DNA from: Utricularia gibba
Taxonomy: Eukaryota; Plantae; Magnoliophyta
Length of the DNA: 64,000 nt
Assembly: GCA_002189035.1 (NCBI GenBank)
Contig: NEEC01000002.1
Coordinates: forward strand, 4,588,001 to 4,652,000
Direction: 5' to 3'
This document shows, one piece after another, positions 11,588 through 24,561 of this stretch; the first letter of the stretch is position 1; each line of letters opens with the position of its first letter. A model generated the notes under the pieces. It saw nothing but the letters and a program-made list of their open reading frames with translations. It was not told where the DNA came from and did not search any database. The position numbers and the translations under genes were made by a program.

Positions 11588-13947
11588 AGGACAAGTCGTG
11601 TTGCCCCATTGATGCACAGAAGAACAAACTTGGATCCTTTTGTGGATTTCAATTTAGCATCACCAGTTTGACACCGACAAGTTCAAGTATCGTTTATGCG
11701 GAAAGCTTCTTGGAAAGAGTTGTGAGCACGCCAACGAGTGAATTCAATTTGGAATTGAAGGAGAACGAGAGTGAATGCTATTACGATTCCCAAACGGCAT
11801 ACCCATTGCTTTCTCGAGATGACACTCCTCGTTAGAAACCGACCAATGATTCTTTTTGTGAAAACTACGACACGAAATCATGCATCTTGTTCAAAAACGT
11901 GGAGCACCTTCCGTTTCTGATACCGCACTAAACCTCTTCCTACAATGTCTTCCTTGCTTAAATCCAAAACGACACCACCTCCTTGAAACTGAAACGGTGT
12001 TCCAATAGATGCCTTTTCGGTGATTGTCTTTCAGCACTAGGTCTCAAAGTAGAACATGGTCTTCATATTCGGTACATCCTTGCACCTTATGTGCACCTTG
12101 TTCGAGAGTCGACATTTGGGCTAGACTATTAATGACACTAGCCACCCTTGCTTGTGTTGTTGTTTTTGCATGCTGTTGAGGTGCCTGTAGTTGTATTATT
12201 GTCGTATGCGAATGGATTCGCAGCATAAATTGCCCCCACGCCTTCCACCATCTTTAATGTGGGTAAATATGTGCATATTGCATTCATGCAACAAAATTGC
12301 TAGGTGGATCAACCGGAAACTCATTGGGAATGTTTGGACTAGTGTAGCAGAGTTCCTCCTTCGAGTTTCCATGAGCCTTACCCCACATCGTGCATCTTCC
12401 AATTGTATGTCTACCATGGAGATGGTCATCTTTTCAAACCTCCTCTCCTGCATCCAAAATATTCTCATTGGTCTCCCTTGGTATGCCGATTGCAAATCCA
12501 CATCAGCATTACGGGGGCCATCTCTCCTTTTCAATTCGAGGCAACTTTACTAACTGCAAAACAACAAGGATGTTGTGTTTTCCATCACCTAGGTCGACTC
12601 ATGTGAGTTCGTATGCCCTCTATTGAGATGTCTACTCACTGTAATGAGTGTCTACTTCCCGAGTCACAATGAAAACATCCTCAAAATGAAACTCCAAAGC
12701 TCAATCTATGCATATGGAGCCGTGTGTGCATGCGGTTATGTGTTCCCTCCCTATTCTTAAGCAATACCTACAACCTTGTGCAACCAGTAATGGGGAGCAC
12801 ATACAAGAGCCACAAAACAACATTGAGAAGACTCTTATGCATATGCAGACTGTTGTGATACGCTGCACAATGGTTCCACTGTGAATCCGATGGGTTGATG
12901 TACAACAAGCGCTGTGGTTCATGCCATAAAAGGGGGAGCAGTATTTCGGCCATTTCGGGGATGGATTTCTGCGCTTGAAAGCATGTACGTGAGCTATTGT
13001 AGTCAGTTTGTTTTGAGAATCCAATCTAGGCCACGTGCACTTTGAATACTGCACCCAAACAAGTTGGAAACCCATGGAAATATGAGAGGAGGTAGAGACT
13101 AGAACTCCCAAGGGCAGTTTTTCTGCGCATCGGCCTCCCAAGTTCGCCTATAACTCATTCGCATAAGACATATTGTGGAAAAAATCCCATCAGCGAATCT
13201 CTCCTTCAGGCCGCACCACCACGTGGTACTCCGTTGCTCCCTGTATACCCATGAAACGCCGAGTGGTCAGCCACTCCTGAAATCTCGTTCTTTAGGTCAG
13301 ATGGATCGAGAACCCCCTTGGAAATCGACGTTGCCAATCGGCCCTACTCCTGGACCTCATTTCGTTTGAAGACATTCGGGTGGCATTTCATCCAAAAAGC
13401 ATGCTGCATAGTTGCCGCGGTCTGAGCTGAAAAGAGACATTGTCCATTTGTGGCTCTTGTCATCGCTGGTGATACACATGCAATAAAGATTGCTGATCTC
13501 AACGCATTGAGGTGACGGATTGTTGCACCGAGAAACAAGCTTTGGCAAGAGCGAGCGCAATGTGCTTGTTTTTAAAGTTGCTACAAATGAGTTGATCAAG
13601 CGTAGTAGGTGCACCGAGACACGAGCTTTATCTCATGCCCGTCTACAGAAGCTTTGTTACCATTCTTTTGAAAACCTTGTTCATCTTCTCTTACTCCGTG
13701 GTACTCAAGGGAGGAGGACAAGTCCTATTGCTCCATTGGGGTGTGGGAGCAATGATCTGCATCTTTTGTTCTAAGGGTATGCTTACACAAATTGGGTTTG
13801 CAAGAGTGTTTGATACACCGAAGAAGTAAACTTGGATCTTTTTGTGGATGTTAATTTAGCATCACTAGTTTCATACCGATAGGTTCAAGTATCGTTTCTG
13901 TGGAAAGCTCCTTGGAAAGAGTTGTGAGCATGTCAAGAGGTGAAGAC
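11588..13947. repeat. Unclassified dispersed repeat with an internal ~2.1-kb periodicity
   Basis: The segment GAGGACAAGTC...GAGTTGTGAGCA occurs at ~11588-11728, 13717-13930 and 18575-18791, with related pieces at 30620-31077. No recognisable protein domain. Confidence 0.6.
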
Positions 13948-14162
13948 TGTTGATCTAAGAAAGACAGAATCTTGGGAAGGAACAAAGGGATACTACTTAT
14001 GAGATCACGTTGGATGAAAAATGATTGGCCACAATGAATAAAAACACACAAAAAATCTCAACACCTTAAACCCAACACATTTTTAATTAAAAGATGACTT
14101 TATAACACAAGATTAGTGCTTCCGATCACCTTCAAGCTTTGGATTGAGGCTGATCTCCACCA
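13948..14162 (-). repeat. 3' LTR (215 bp) of the copia element
   Basis: Begins TG immediately after the PPT and ends ...AGATCAACA. Confidence 0.7.
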
Positions 14163-17100
14163 CTCCCCCCAGACCGAGATCTCCAAACTTGAGAAAGTCT
14201 TCCATATTCATTAGATTCATGTTCTTCCTTGCTAGCTCAAACTGAACTCTATTCACACCTTTGGTAAGCCCATGAGCAAGCTGATTCCCACTTTCAACAC
14301 GCTGCACTTTGATCTTCTTCTCCTATATGTGATTTCTTATGACATGATACCTGAATCTTATGTGTTTGGCTTTGCTAAAGTTTGTTGGATGCTTGGAAAT
14401 AGAGATTTCAGCTCGATTATCCATAAGCAGATATGTAGCTTGCTTCTGAATGAATCCAAGTTTAATCAACATTTGTTTCACCAAGCGCAATAGTTCAAAG
14501 CGTATGCTGCTGAGATGTATTCTACTTTAGCTATTTACTATGCTACCACCTTTTGTTTCTTCGAAAACCAGACTACAGGGCTCTTATTTAAAAAGAACAG
14601 TGCATCAGATGTATTCTTACTGTCTTCAGCCATACCATAATCACTATCTAAATTGGTTATAAGTTTGAAAATTGGTTCTTCACGTTCATAGGGATAGAAC
14701 AATCTGAAATCATTAGTAGATTTTATATATCTAAAAGCTCTTTGTTGCCATGTGAGTTGTTGTTGGTTTGTTGAAGAAGTCAGATAAGACATTTACACAA
14801 AAACACAGATCAGGCCTTGTTTGCTGGATATAGATGAGGCTTCCAATCATACTTCTATATGTAGTAGCATCCACATTCCTTCTCTGGTTGTTTTCTCCAA
14901 TCACCTGTTTGTAATCTAAAGGAGTTTTTGAAGGATTGATATCTTTGAACCCAAACCTCTCAAGAATTTCATTACAGTACTTCTTTTGAGATATGAAAGT
15001 TCCAACACCTGCAAGTTGATGAATTTCCATGCCTAAATAGTAGGACATCATTCCAAGATCAGTCATCTTGAATTCATTTTTGAGTAGAGCTTTGAATTCT
15101 TCAATTTCCTGAGGTAATCATAAGATCATCCACATATAGACTAACGAATAAACGATCAACTCTCTTTCCTTTAACATATAGTGAGTAATCACTATATGTT
15201 TTCATGAAACCAGTACCTTGGAGAAACTTATCCATGCGTTCATTTCATGCTCTATGAGCTTGCTTTAACCCATAGAGAGATTTTTTTAGTTTCAATACTT
15301 TGTCTTCATGACCTGACACTTCAACCTCCTCCAACACACCATTCAAAAACGCAGTATTCACATCCATGTGATGCACTTTCTATCCATGAGCAGCCGAAAT
15401 GGTAAGAAGTACTTTAATTGTGTCAAATCTTACTATTGGAGAAAAAATCTCATGAAAATTTAGTCCTTTGATCTGAGTATATCCCTTGGTTACTAATCTA
15501 GCCTTATATTTGTTGACAGAGCCATCTGCATTCATCTTGGTTTTGAATAACCACTTGAGGCCAATAGGTTTGAAACTCCTATCCTCGAGTTTGTCAACTA
15601 ACTCCTAGGTTTCATTTTCAAGTATAGAATTCATTTCTTCCTCCATGGCAACTCTCCATTTCGGATTTTGCACAGCCACTTCAAATGATGTTGGATCTCC
15701 TGTCAATAGTCTAGCCAAAATGTGAACTACAGCCTCTTAAACATCATCATTCAACTTGGAAAAACTTATTGTAAGAGCCTTGTTTCTTTTGCCTCGTCTT
15801 ATGTCAATAACATGATTATCTTCATTATCTATTGACTGTGTCATGTTTTTGCATTTCCTTGCCAATCACGATCAGATGGGTAATAATCCTCATCATCAGT
15901 ATCAGGTTCCTCTCCATTAGATTTATCTGTTGATACATCATCTGAATTTGTGCCTTGCTCGTCTTCTGGGAGTTCGAAATTCCCATCTGAATCTTGATCA
16001 TTGGGCTGATGTGATTGTTCATATAAGGGTTCTAAGCTTGATTCTGAATTCTCATTGAATGAGTCGTCTTCATTTGTGACATTTTCCACTTCTGGAAGTG
16101 GGAAATTCTCATCTGAATACTAATCATTTACTTGATTTGAATCTTCATAGAAGAGTTCTAAAGCTGATTTTGAGTTCTCATTCACCTGTATATGTTCAAT
16201 TCCATCTTCAGTTTCTTGGTTTGTTGAATTCCTAGAAGAGATGTTTTGAGGCGTATGTGTCCAAAGGTCACCTTTCACATGAGTGTTATGCCCTCCAAGT
16301 TTTTTAGGACCTTTTGCATCATTCACAAAAAGGCAATCATCAATTAAAGTATACTTTGCACCTTTATCAAAAAAGACATCATGACTAAAAATAAATTTCT
16401 TCTTGTCATGTATATAAACTTTATATCCCTTTGTACTATTGCTATAGCCAACTAATACAGACACAGATTTCGTATCAAGTTTTCCTCGTTTTTGGTCTGC
16501 TACATGAGTAAAACACAAACTACCAAAGATTCTGAGATGATCAACCTTTTTAATATAACCATGCCATTTTTCATGGGCGGTTTTTCCACTAATCGCCCGG
16601 GAGGGTAGCAAGTTCAATAGATATACAGACGTAGATATCGCTTCAGCCCAAAAATTTACAGGAAGATCTTTCTCAAAGAATAGGCATCTTGACATATCAT
16701 GAATATTTATGTTTCTCCTTTCACATATACCATTTTGTTCTGGGGAATATGGTACTGTGAATTGATGAATGATTCCTTCATTCTCACAGAACAATCTCAT
16801 GCTATTATTGTAGAATTCACCTCCATTGTCTGACCTCATCATCTTTAAGGAGCAACCATTCTTATTTTCAGTCATCACTTTGAATTTTCGAAAAATATGA
16901 GGAACTTTTGACTTGCTTTAAAGAAAGTAAACCCAACAATACCGTGAATAATCATCAATGAATGTAACAAAATATCTACTCCTCCCCCCCCCCCCCCCTC
17001 CAATGAACATTCCTTAAATGGTCCACAAACATTTGTATGCACAAGTTCTAATTTATCTTTTACAACTGAATTACTGGAATAAAATGGCTTTCTACACTAT

Positions 17101-17843
17101 TTACCTTGATGGCACACTTCACATATGGTGTCAGGAAACTTGATGTCTTTCAATTCCAATACTTCGTTATTCTTCTACAATATTTTCAGATTGTTGAAGC
17201 TATAGTGTCCAAAACTTTTGTGCCAAAGCCTGCTTTGATCCTGAAGTGAAAAAATACAACTTTTATGATCACTGACCGTGATTTGGTAGAAGTTGTAGGT
17301 GCTCAACACAGCTTAAAATTCAATCTTCATTTTTGGATCAGCAACTTTGACTTTGGTGGTTAAACTATTAGCATCCTTGATCAGTTCAATGTCAAAGCCT
17401 TGCATGCTCAATTGACCAAAGCTCAATAGGTTTTGTTTGAGGTTTGGTGAATAATAAACATCATCAACTTGAAAAATTCTTTCTTTTAGCATGAGTAAAA
17501 TGCTTCCTTTGCTCACAATGCCAATATTTTCACAAGTGCCCGTGCTTACTTCCTTCCCTATCATTTCATGCTGAAGAAATGACTTTGTATCACAACATAC
17601 ATGATAACAGGTGCCAAAATCCAAGTACTAGCCTTTAGCATCTTAGACTGCTGTCATTAGTGTACACTCGTCTTCAAAGTAGGTAAAGGATGCATGTGAG
17701 TTTTCATCCCTAGAAGTAGTCTTCTTGTTATGATCAACTTTGATTGGATTTGACATTCCATATACCTTGTCAAGATGGCCTCTTTGATTGTATTTCATGC
17801 ACAAAGCATCAGGCTTCCACCAGCAAAAAGAAGGGGGGGATGA
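13948..17843 (-). mobile_element. Ty1/copia element (Ivana/Ale-like by inference), 5'-truncated, with its 3' LTR
   Basis: Zinc knuckle near 17760-17840, protease near 17600, integrase MMRSDNGGEF and PYSPEQNG (ORF 16120-16878), RT and RNase H at 14200-15650, PPT GGGGGGAG at 14170-14163. Confidence 0.9.
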
Positions 17844-18440
17844 TTCACGGATGAATTTGCTAAAAGAAGGGGGATGATGAGATCATAAATGCAACAGATG
17901 ATTACAATGAAGATAAAGTACAAAGATCAATAATCCTCCATTAATTTCACTTGGACCAATTACTAAATTAAAAGCAGGAATGAATCAAGAGATGCTTAAG
18001 GGATTATGGGCCAATCATATAATTCAACCTTCTCAAAATGGACTATATTGAGTAGAGGAGGCCCATCACTCTTATTTAGTACATTATTACTACTTTTCTT
18101 TTGAGTAGGCCCTATCCTTCATCTATATAAGAAGGGTCTCACTCTTATTTAGGACGACTTTGACTCTAGTGACTTGTTAAGAGCAATGCTCCTTCTTTGA
18201 GTTCATGTAGAGCTTTAGACTTATTAAGCCTTGCTTGTGGTGTCTAGTGTGTGGTTTATCACTCCAAATTCTTTCCTTGACTCCGTGAGTGTGTTACCAT
18301 TTCATAGTATGGGTTGCAGGGATATTTTTTTCCTAACTTCACTTTTCATGAAGGATTGTTTCTTTTGAACCCATATGATTGCCAAGCAGTTGTTGATTAG
18401 AGGCTCAAATCACCCGCTTTTAGAGGTGATTTGCAACGTG
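17844..18440 (+). mobile_element. CRM 3' end: integrase tail, PPT and 3' LTR (from 17875)
   Basis: DSRMNLLKEGG reading, PPT AAAAGAAGGGGGA, LTR start TGATG, CR-like LGPITKLKA. The 3' end is approximate. Confidence 0.65.
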
Positions 18441-18791
18441 TGGGAGTATGAGGTTCCACAAGAGTCCTGTCACGGATAGCCTTGGAGCCTTATCTCGTGC
18501 CCATCTACAGAAGCTTTGCTACTGTTCTTGTGAAAACTTTGCTCATCTTCTCTTTCTACGTGCTACTAGAGTTAGGAGGACAAGTCCTGTTGCCCCATTG
18601 GGGCATGGCAGCAATGATCTGTCTCTTGTTCTCAGAGTATGCGTATGGATAGTGGGTTTGCAAGAGTGTGGGTTTGATGCACAGAATAAGTAAGCTTGGA
18701 TCATTTGTGCATGTCAATTTGGCATCACTAGATTTATGCCGACATGTTCAAGTATCGTTTATGTGGAAAGCTCCTTGGAAAGAGTTGTGAG
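18441..18791. repeat. Third copy of the unclassified repeat segment
   Basis: Collinear with ~13590-13930. Confidence 0.7.
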
Positions 18792-18804
18792 TTTGATGTT
18801 CGAA

Positions 18805-19142
18805 ATCTTATCTATATCATATCTTTTATTTTGAGTTTAATCAATATTAATCTCAAAATATCTCTTTACTTAATTTATCTACTTTACCAATTACATCTCG
18901 TGTAAATGTTTCATTCTATTTTATATCAGAAGTAATAATGAATTTATTAATTAACTCTTAATTAACAAATCCATTATTATCGATCATTAGTGATGTCTAG
19001 CAACATATCATGATCCTCAAGATTTAAGAATAATTAGGTGAATTGATTCAGTCTTTCCATGACTAGCTACCATGCAAGGATTAACTTTCATCATACTTAT
19101 ATCTCATTCGATACCAGAATATGGGTGTATGTCTTTCTGATG
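18805..19142 (-). mobile_element. Angela LTR fragment
   Basis: Collinear with ~8485-8870, with an internal deletion. Cut by a CRM LTR at 19143. Confidence 0.8.
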
Positions 19143-19645
19143 TGATGAGCCCCTGGAAGATAATGAAGAGTATTTACAGAATGATGAGGATTTGCGCAAG
19201 TGAACACATATAATAATGAGATCATTCCATCAAGACCAATGACAAGAAGTAAGAGCAAGATAGTTGAAGTTACACTCAAAGCTTTACTTAATACTTTTGG
19301 AATTAACATTGGGCTTGAAGTCTTACCATCAAAGGAGTTCAACTCCTAGAGTCTAACTCTACCTCAAAGCCCAAACATATCAGTGTCATTCATGTGTGTT
19401 ATTGGAATGCTTAGGGTTTCTTTTTTATTTAGTTTGGGCTTTGTAATGTTAGAGTGATTCTAGAATATAAATACTCTATAGATATACTTTTGAAGTACCT
19501 TTAATTCATTTCATGTCTCTTGTGAGGAATTTCCTCTTCTTTGAGTGTTTGAACACTCTTGACTTATCACCTTTTAGATTGTGGTGTCCTAGTATTATCA
19601 CTTCCAATTCCTTCTCCTTTTGAAGTATGGCTCCAAATTCCCTTT
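19143..19645 (+). mobile_element. 3'-truncated CRM LTR, diverged relative of 2270-2870
   Basis: Starts TGATGAGCCCCTGGAAGATAATGAAG and aligns with the reverse complement of 2870-2400. Confidence 0.85.
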
Positions 19646-20640
19646 CCTTTTGTTGAGTGCAAAAATCAGTATCCGAGAGGAGGCTGATTTTCGAATTATG
19701 GGTCCAGCCGGATGTGCCGCAGCTGGTTAAGTTTTTTGTTGTTTTTCTCGGTTATGGTGGAAACTATCGGCGGGACAGAAAAACCACGGAGCTGTCGGGG
19801 CTCGCCCAAGAAAAATGGTTTTCACTAGACAAAAGTGAGGAAAAATACAGGTCGGAGGGGGTAGAGTCAAACCCTTTTCTCTTCATACTTATTGAAGAGA
19901 AGGATCGGACTGAATCCTAATTTCTGCAGATATCGGCCACTTTCTGTACCTGTAGTATGTACAGTGGTTTTGCTTTTCAGATTGTCGCAGCCTACTCTGC
20001 CATAATTTGGCCACTTTTCAGATTGTGCAAAACGGCCGCTGCTGTCTAATCTCTGACAGATATCGGTCTGTCGGCCGGCGCTAGGTTGTCAGAACACATT
20101 TTGGCTTATTTTCAGAGACTGATTAACCACATCCGATTTGTACTCCATCATTCAGCCCCTCTTATTTGCCAATATTGGCCTTTCCAGGGCAAGTCGGTAA
20201 ATCAGAATCACTACTATACCGATTTCAAGCACGCTGCTTTCCCATGGGTGAGTTGCAAATCGATTTAGACCAACTTCTGTGCCACGCGTCGCTTCCTGGG
20301 CGATCCACATTTTTTCTGGCTTGTTTTGGGCACCTCAAACAACTCGCCATTTCATCTTCCGAATCCCCATATTATAAATATGCGCCCACCCCATCATTCC
20401 TTTTTCCTTTTGCTTTCTTTGTTTGCTCGCGCGATTCCAATGCTCTTCGAACTCCGTCGCGCTCGTCAGCCGCATCCGCCGCCATGAAACTCGAAATCGA
20501 AGTCTTCAAAGGTATCAGTCTATTCTTCACCCTTCTTCGCTTACTTCTGGGGATTCAGGTTCTCCTTTTTGGGCCTCTTTCTCCTACAGCTTTTTCCCGT
20601 TCCTTCCGCATTCTTCTGTCTTCCGATTTCCTTAGTTGCA

Positions 20641-22830
20641 ATGGGTAGGAAGTCGAGCCAACTGAACATTACTTCTATTCGGGCCAAGTATTCGATCCCC
20701 CAACGAGTACATTTTCAGTTAGGTGATAATTGAAAAAATTTAGCAACGTCGTTAAATTGCAAATTTCTCCTATCAAATAAATTTATAACCTAATACACAT
20801 TCAAGCAGAAAACAATTATGAGCATAGTGATTAGGGTCGAACATGAAGAGCAGGTGCTTGTCATGCGATTAGTCATTGCATGCAATCAGTGTCACGTTGA
20901 TAGATTTGATCTTAGCTAGGACTAAGGCATAGTTGCGATAAAATACAGTAAGAAAAGTAACAAGTTTATGAACTCAGTTGTTCATGGAATGAAGTGGGTG
21001 ATGCCTTGAGACTTATGGGGGATGTATGCTTATCACTAAACAAGCTCATACAAACCATAAATCAAACAACGAACACATAAGGTCTAGGTCTATCCGTACC
21101 TTTGTTTTCCCCCTAATCTTCGGTCTACCTCTAATTAGGGTTGTTAAGCTGGGTTTCACTAGTTCCTGGTTTGTTAAGGAAGTGGCATGACTTATGGGTT
21201 GATTAGATCTAAGATTGAATAGCACATTTCACCACAACGCATCCCCTAAGTGCTTAGCCACTTATAATAAGGGAAGGGAAAACGTTTTCATAGAAATAGA
21301 TAAAACAACAATAAGCAATGCATAACAGAAATAGAAAGGACAAATTGTTCACGCAATAAAACTAAAACTAGTCATAGCAAGGAAAAGTATGCATAAAAAA
21401 AAAAGTAAGTCTTCAAAGAGAACTGGTTGTTCAGGGTCATTTTCCCCTTCCTTCTTCTACCCTAGAAAATTCTCCGGAAAGCATGTCATGAGTCTCCAAT
21501 GGGGGAGATCTTTTTCTCTCTATCTTGTCCCCCTTTATGTCCAAAACCCTACTTTTTCTCCTCTTTGGATTTTGTGTGTACTCCTATTCTGACTTCTACC
21601 TCATCTTTGCCACCACATTGTTCATATTCAGCTCCTTGGGATTTGTGTTGCGACCTTTGCTGCATTGCACACAGAAAACTATTAGAAGGTTGAACTAAGA
21701 CTAAAATAACACAACTACTGTACTTATGTGCAAAAATATAGAATTAGGCAATAAAAATTAATTTTTATTTATATGAGTAATTTCCATGTATTGAATCACT
21801 TAAAAATATGTGTTATCATCAAGCTATGGATAGCTAGATACCTTGGGGAATGGGGGAAGGACCCCTTCCCCGATTCAGTCTTCCGATTCCTATAGCTTAC
21901 GTAGAGAGTGGTCTCCGCTTTCCTCTTCACCCTCTTATCGTTCAGTTTTTGAACATGTTCGCTGTTCCTCTTTCTTGTCTTTCCCATAACTCGATATTCT
22001 GTTTCACCACTTTCCTTTTCTATTCGGCGGGTCTGGATCCGAATATGACTCTGGTGGATTTTTTCCAACTTTTCAAAATTGCCGTCCATAAAGCGAAGCG
22101 CCCAATGCATGGTTTGTCCTCCCACTTCGAATTTCGCCGATTTGAAGATCACCTAAACTTCATTTTAACACCTCCCGATACCCACCACAACTGGTGGCCT
22201 TCTTTTGTTTGGGTCGCTCCCCCGTCAGGGGCAAGGTGGAAGTTTCCCACTAAACCCCCACCCTTTTCAAAAGAAAGCTTTTCGGTCGTTTTTGTCCCTA
22301 TAGGAAGATATACCAGAAATCGGTGAATGCACTTCGAAGTTCGAGTCCCGAGCCTTAATGCTATCTCATGAGTCTTTGATAAACTGTGGGGTTCCAGGGC
22401 GCCGCCGAGATAGTTAGTGGCCGGATTTCATTATTCCTCAAGGGTCCGAATTGGAGTTTCAGCATCTTCTCCAGTCACCATCTACTCCGAATCCTAGTTC
22501 AGATACCCCCTCTATTCCTGATTCGTTTATGCCTGTTCCCACCGACTTTGTTCCAAACCCTTCACCTCAACCCTTAGCTTCAAAGAAAAAGAAGAGGGTC
22601 AAAGTATGTGCTCAGAAACCCTCGAAAAAACGGAAAAGTAGCCCTTGATGATCTCCTAGTCGTGAGATCTTTTCGGTTGTTGTCATATGTTTTGATCTGC
22701 TGTGCAGTTCATAAGATGGCAAGAACCTAATAGCACTTGTTCGGGCTAGGATCGGGCGAGAGAATGAGGCCAAGCTGAGAGCAAGGATGAAGGGACATGT
22801 CGGACCCTCATCTGATCCCCTTCCTGAGCC
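20641..22830 (+). pseudogene. Antisense ORF of the Tat element (Transposase_28 / gypsy-transposon-protein like), split by a solo LTR
   Basis: GLRFPLHPLIVQFL...LSHNS in ORF 21850-22326, N-terminal piece at 20641-20723, lysine-rich KKKKR in ORF 22451-22648. Confidence 0.7.
20724..21818 (-). mobile_element. Athila solo LTR
   Basis: TGATA...TATCA termini, collinear with 61277-62445. Degenerate TSD TTAGG/TCAAG. Confidence 0.85.
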
Positions 22831-23273
22831 TTAATTCCTTTTTGTGAAATTGATGTTTTTTTCCCTGATTTGGGGTTTTTGGATATTTTGAGATCCTGAT
22901 TTGGGATTCCATCCTTCAGTTTACTTAGTTTTTTACATACTGCCTTTTCTTTTCATCGATTATTCTGATTTGTAACTTGCGCGGTTTGCCAGTCACTTGG
23001 TTGGGCTTTTTTGCCAAGGTCTTTTCTTATGTGTGTGGGACTACTGCTAAGGACATAACTCGGAATCTCTCTTGGGTCGAGATGCATCCCCATGACCTTG
23101 GAAATTCCATGCCATCTAGATGTTCCAGACGATACGCTCCTTTTCCGATTACCCTTGAAATCCGATAAGGGCCTTCCCAATTGCAATCTAATTTTCCCAC
23201 ATGTCTCTTTGGTTAGATGCTTCGGAGTACCAGGTCTCCTTCCGGGAATTTCCTTGGGGATATAGACTTATTG

Positions 23274-24561
23274 CGTGTCGTTTTCTCAACAAATTTTAAA
23301 TATTTGTAAAACGTAAAACACAAAAAGCGTAGTACGAGTATCGATCTAGAGTAATTGTTTTTTGTGAAAATGTTTGTAAGAAACTTCTACAAAATGTCAT
23401 GGTTTTGTAAAAGGAGGTTTCTGAGAAGAAATAAAGTTACAACCTAAGTGATGGGCCTTGACTACGGGACGCAGTTCCTGGGAATAAGATTCCATCTCCT
23501 TCCTTTGTCTATCCTCGCCTCGGTTTTCACTGGTTTTTTCCGAATAGCTTGTTATAGAAGTAACAAATAGCGTACTCTCCCTTACACTCTGATTGACAAA
23601 GAGGCATGGGAATAGCCTCATGTGATTCCCCCTTGGACGATTAGGAAGACAAGAGGATTGACTTCGATTGCCTTCAAAACCGAATTGCGCGCGTGTGCCC
23701 AGTTGTTGCCAATGGCTAGTGGCAAGTCCAAGGTCACAACCTGTCCATTGTCGTGGTACCTAGGCCACAAACAATCTGCTACTTTCCTTGAACCAGCAGG
23801 GTCAGAGTTGGTGCTCTTCACCTTGATCTTCACCAAAAATCCGCGAGAAGTGGCCTGCTACTCATGGATCTTGACTAGGAGTTGTTACATAAAGACTACA
23901 AAAAGATGCATGGAAGTATGCGAAATCCGAATTGAATTCAGACAAAAGCGAGTGTATTGCTCAAGACTTGGAAGGAAACTTCATCTAGTTCCCAAAAACT
24001 AAAAGGTTTTAGCCACAAAGGGACATGAAAACAGAAGCGAAATTGAAAACTAAGTGTTCTTCCTCCTTCAGGAGAGTAAGAACTCAAAAGTGCTAAGTCT
24101 AGAAACAAAGGTTCACAAGTTCAAACTAAGTGCTCCAAGTGGCTTTTATATCACTCCTCATGTGCATTAACTCCTTTGGGTCCTCTTCGCATTATTCCTT
24201 ATGTCTTGCGTGCGCCAGCAGCTTTCCTTTGCGTGCAAGTTAGCGTCCAATCATTGTTGTAAACTCTGACATGCCATAAGTCAGAGGCCTTGACCAGTGT
24301 TGGTCTTTCGTCCACAATCGTTCCAAATCACGTACAAGGCACGAAAAGTCAGAGTTTGACCTCTACAATACTCTTGCAACACTCCACGACAGTCTCCTAA
24401 CATAAGTGCACGAAAAAAGACAGAAAATATATACAAAATAGGAAAATAGGATTTTTCTAAGGAAAATCAATTACTTATCAATATAATTCCTAATTGGGAA
24501 ACTTAATACATAAGTAACACATAATAATATCTAATAAATAACCAGAAAATGACATTTAACA
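23274..24561 (-). mobile_element. Athila LTR plus a short adjacent internal piece, inserted in the Tat integrase
   Basis: Starts TGTTAAATGTC. Homologous to ~10310-11583. Flanked by a 45-bp direct duplication. Confidence 0.75.

Noticed and set aside
12650-12730. Reading KLQSSIYAYG resembling copia RT KLxKSIYG
   Set aside because: No flanking RT motifs in any frame, so the similarity is too weak.
16984-16998. 15-nt C run (G run on the minus strand)
   Set aside because: Expansion of the Gly-Gly codons of the copia LGGSRYF motif. It is a single tract, so not a G-quadruplex array.
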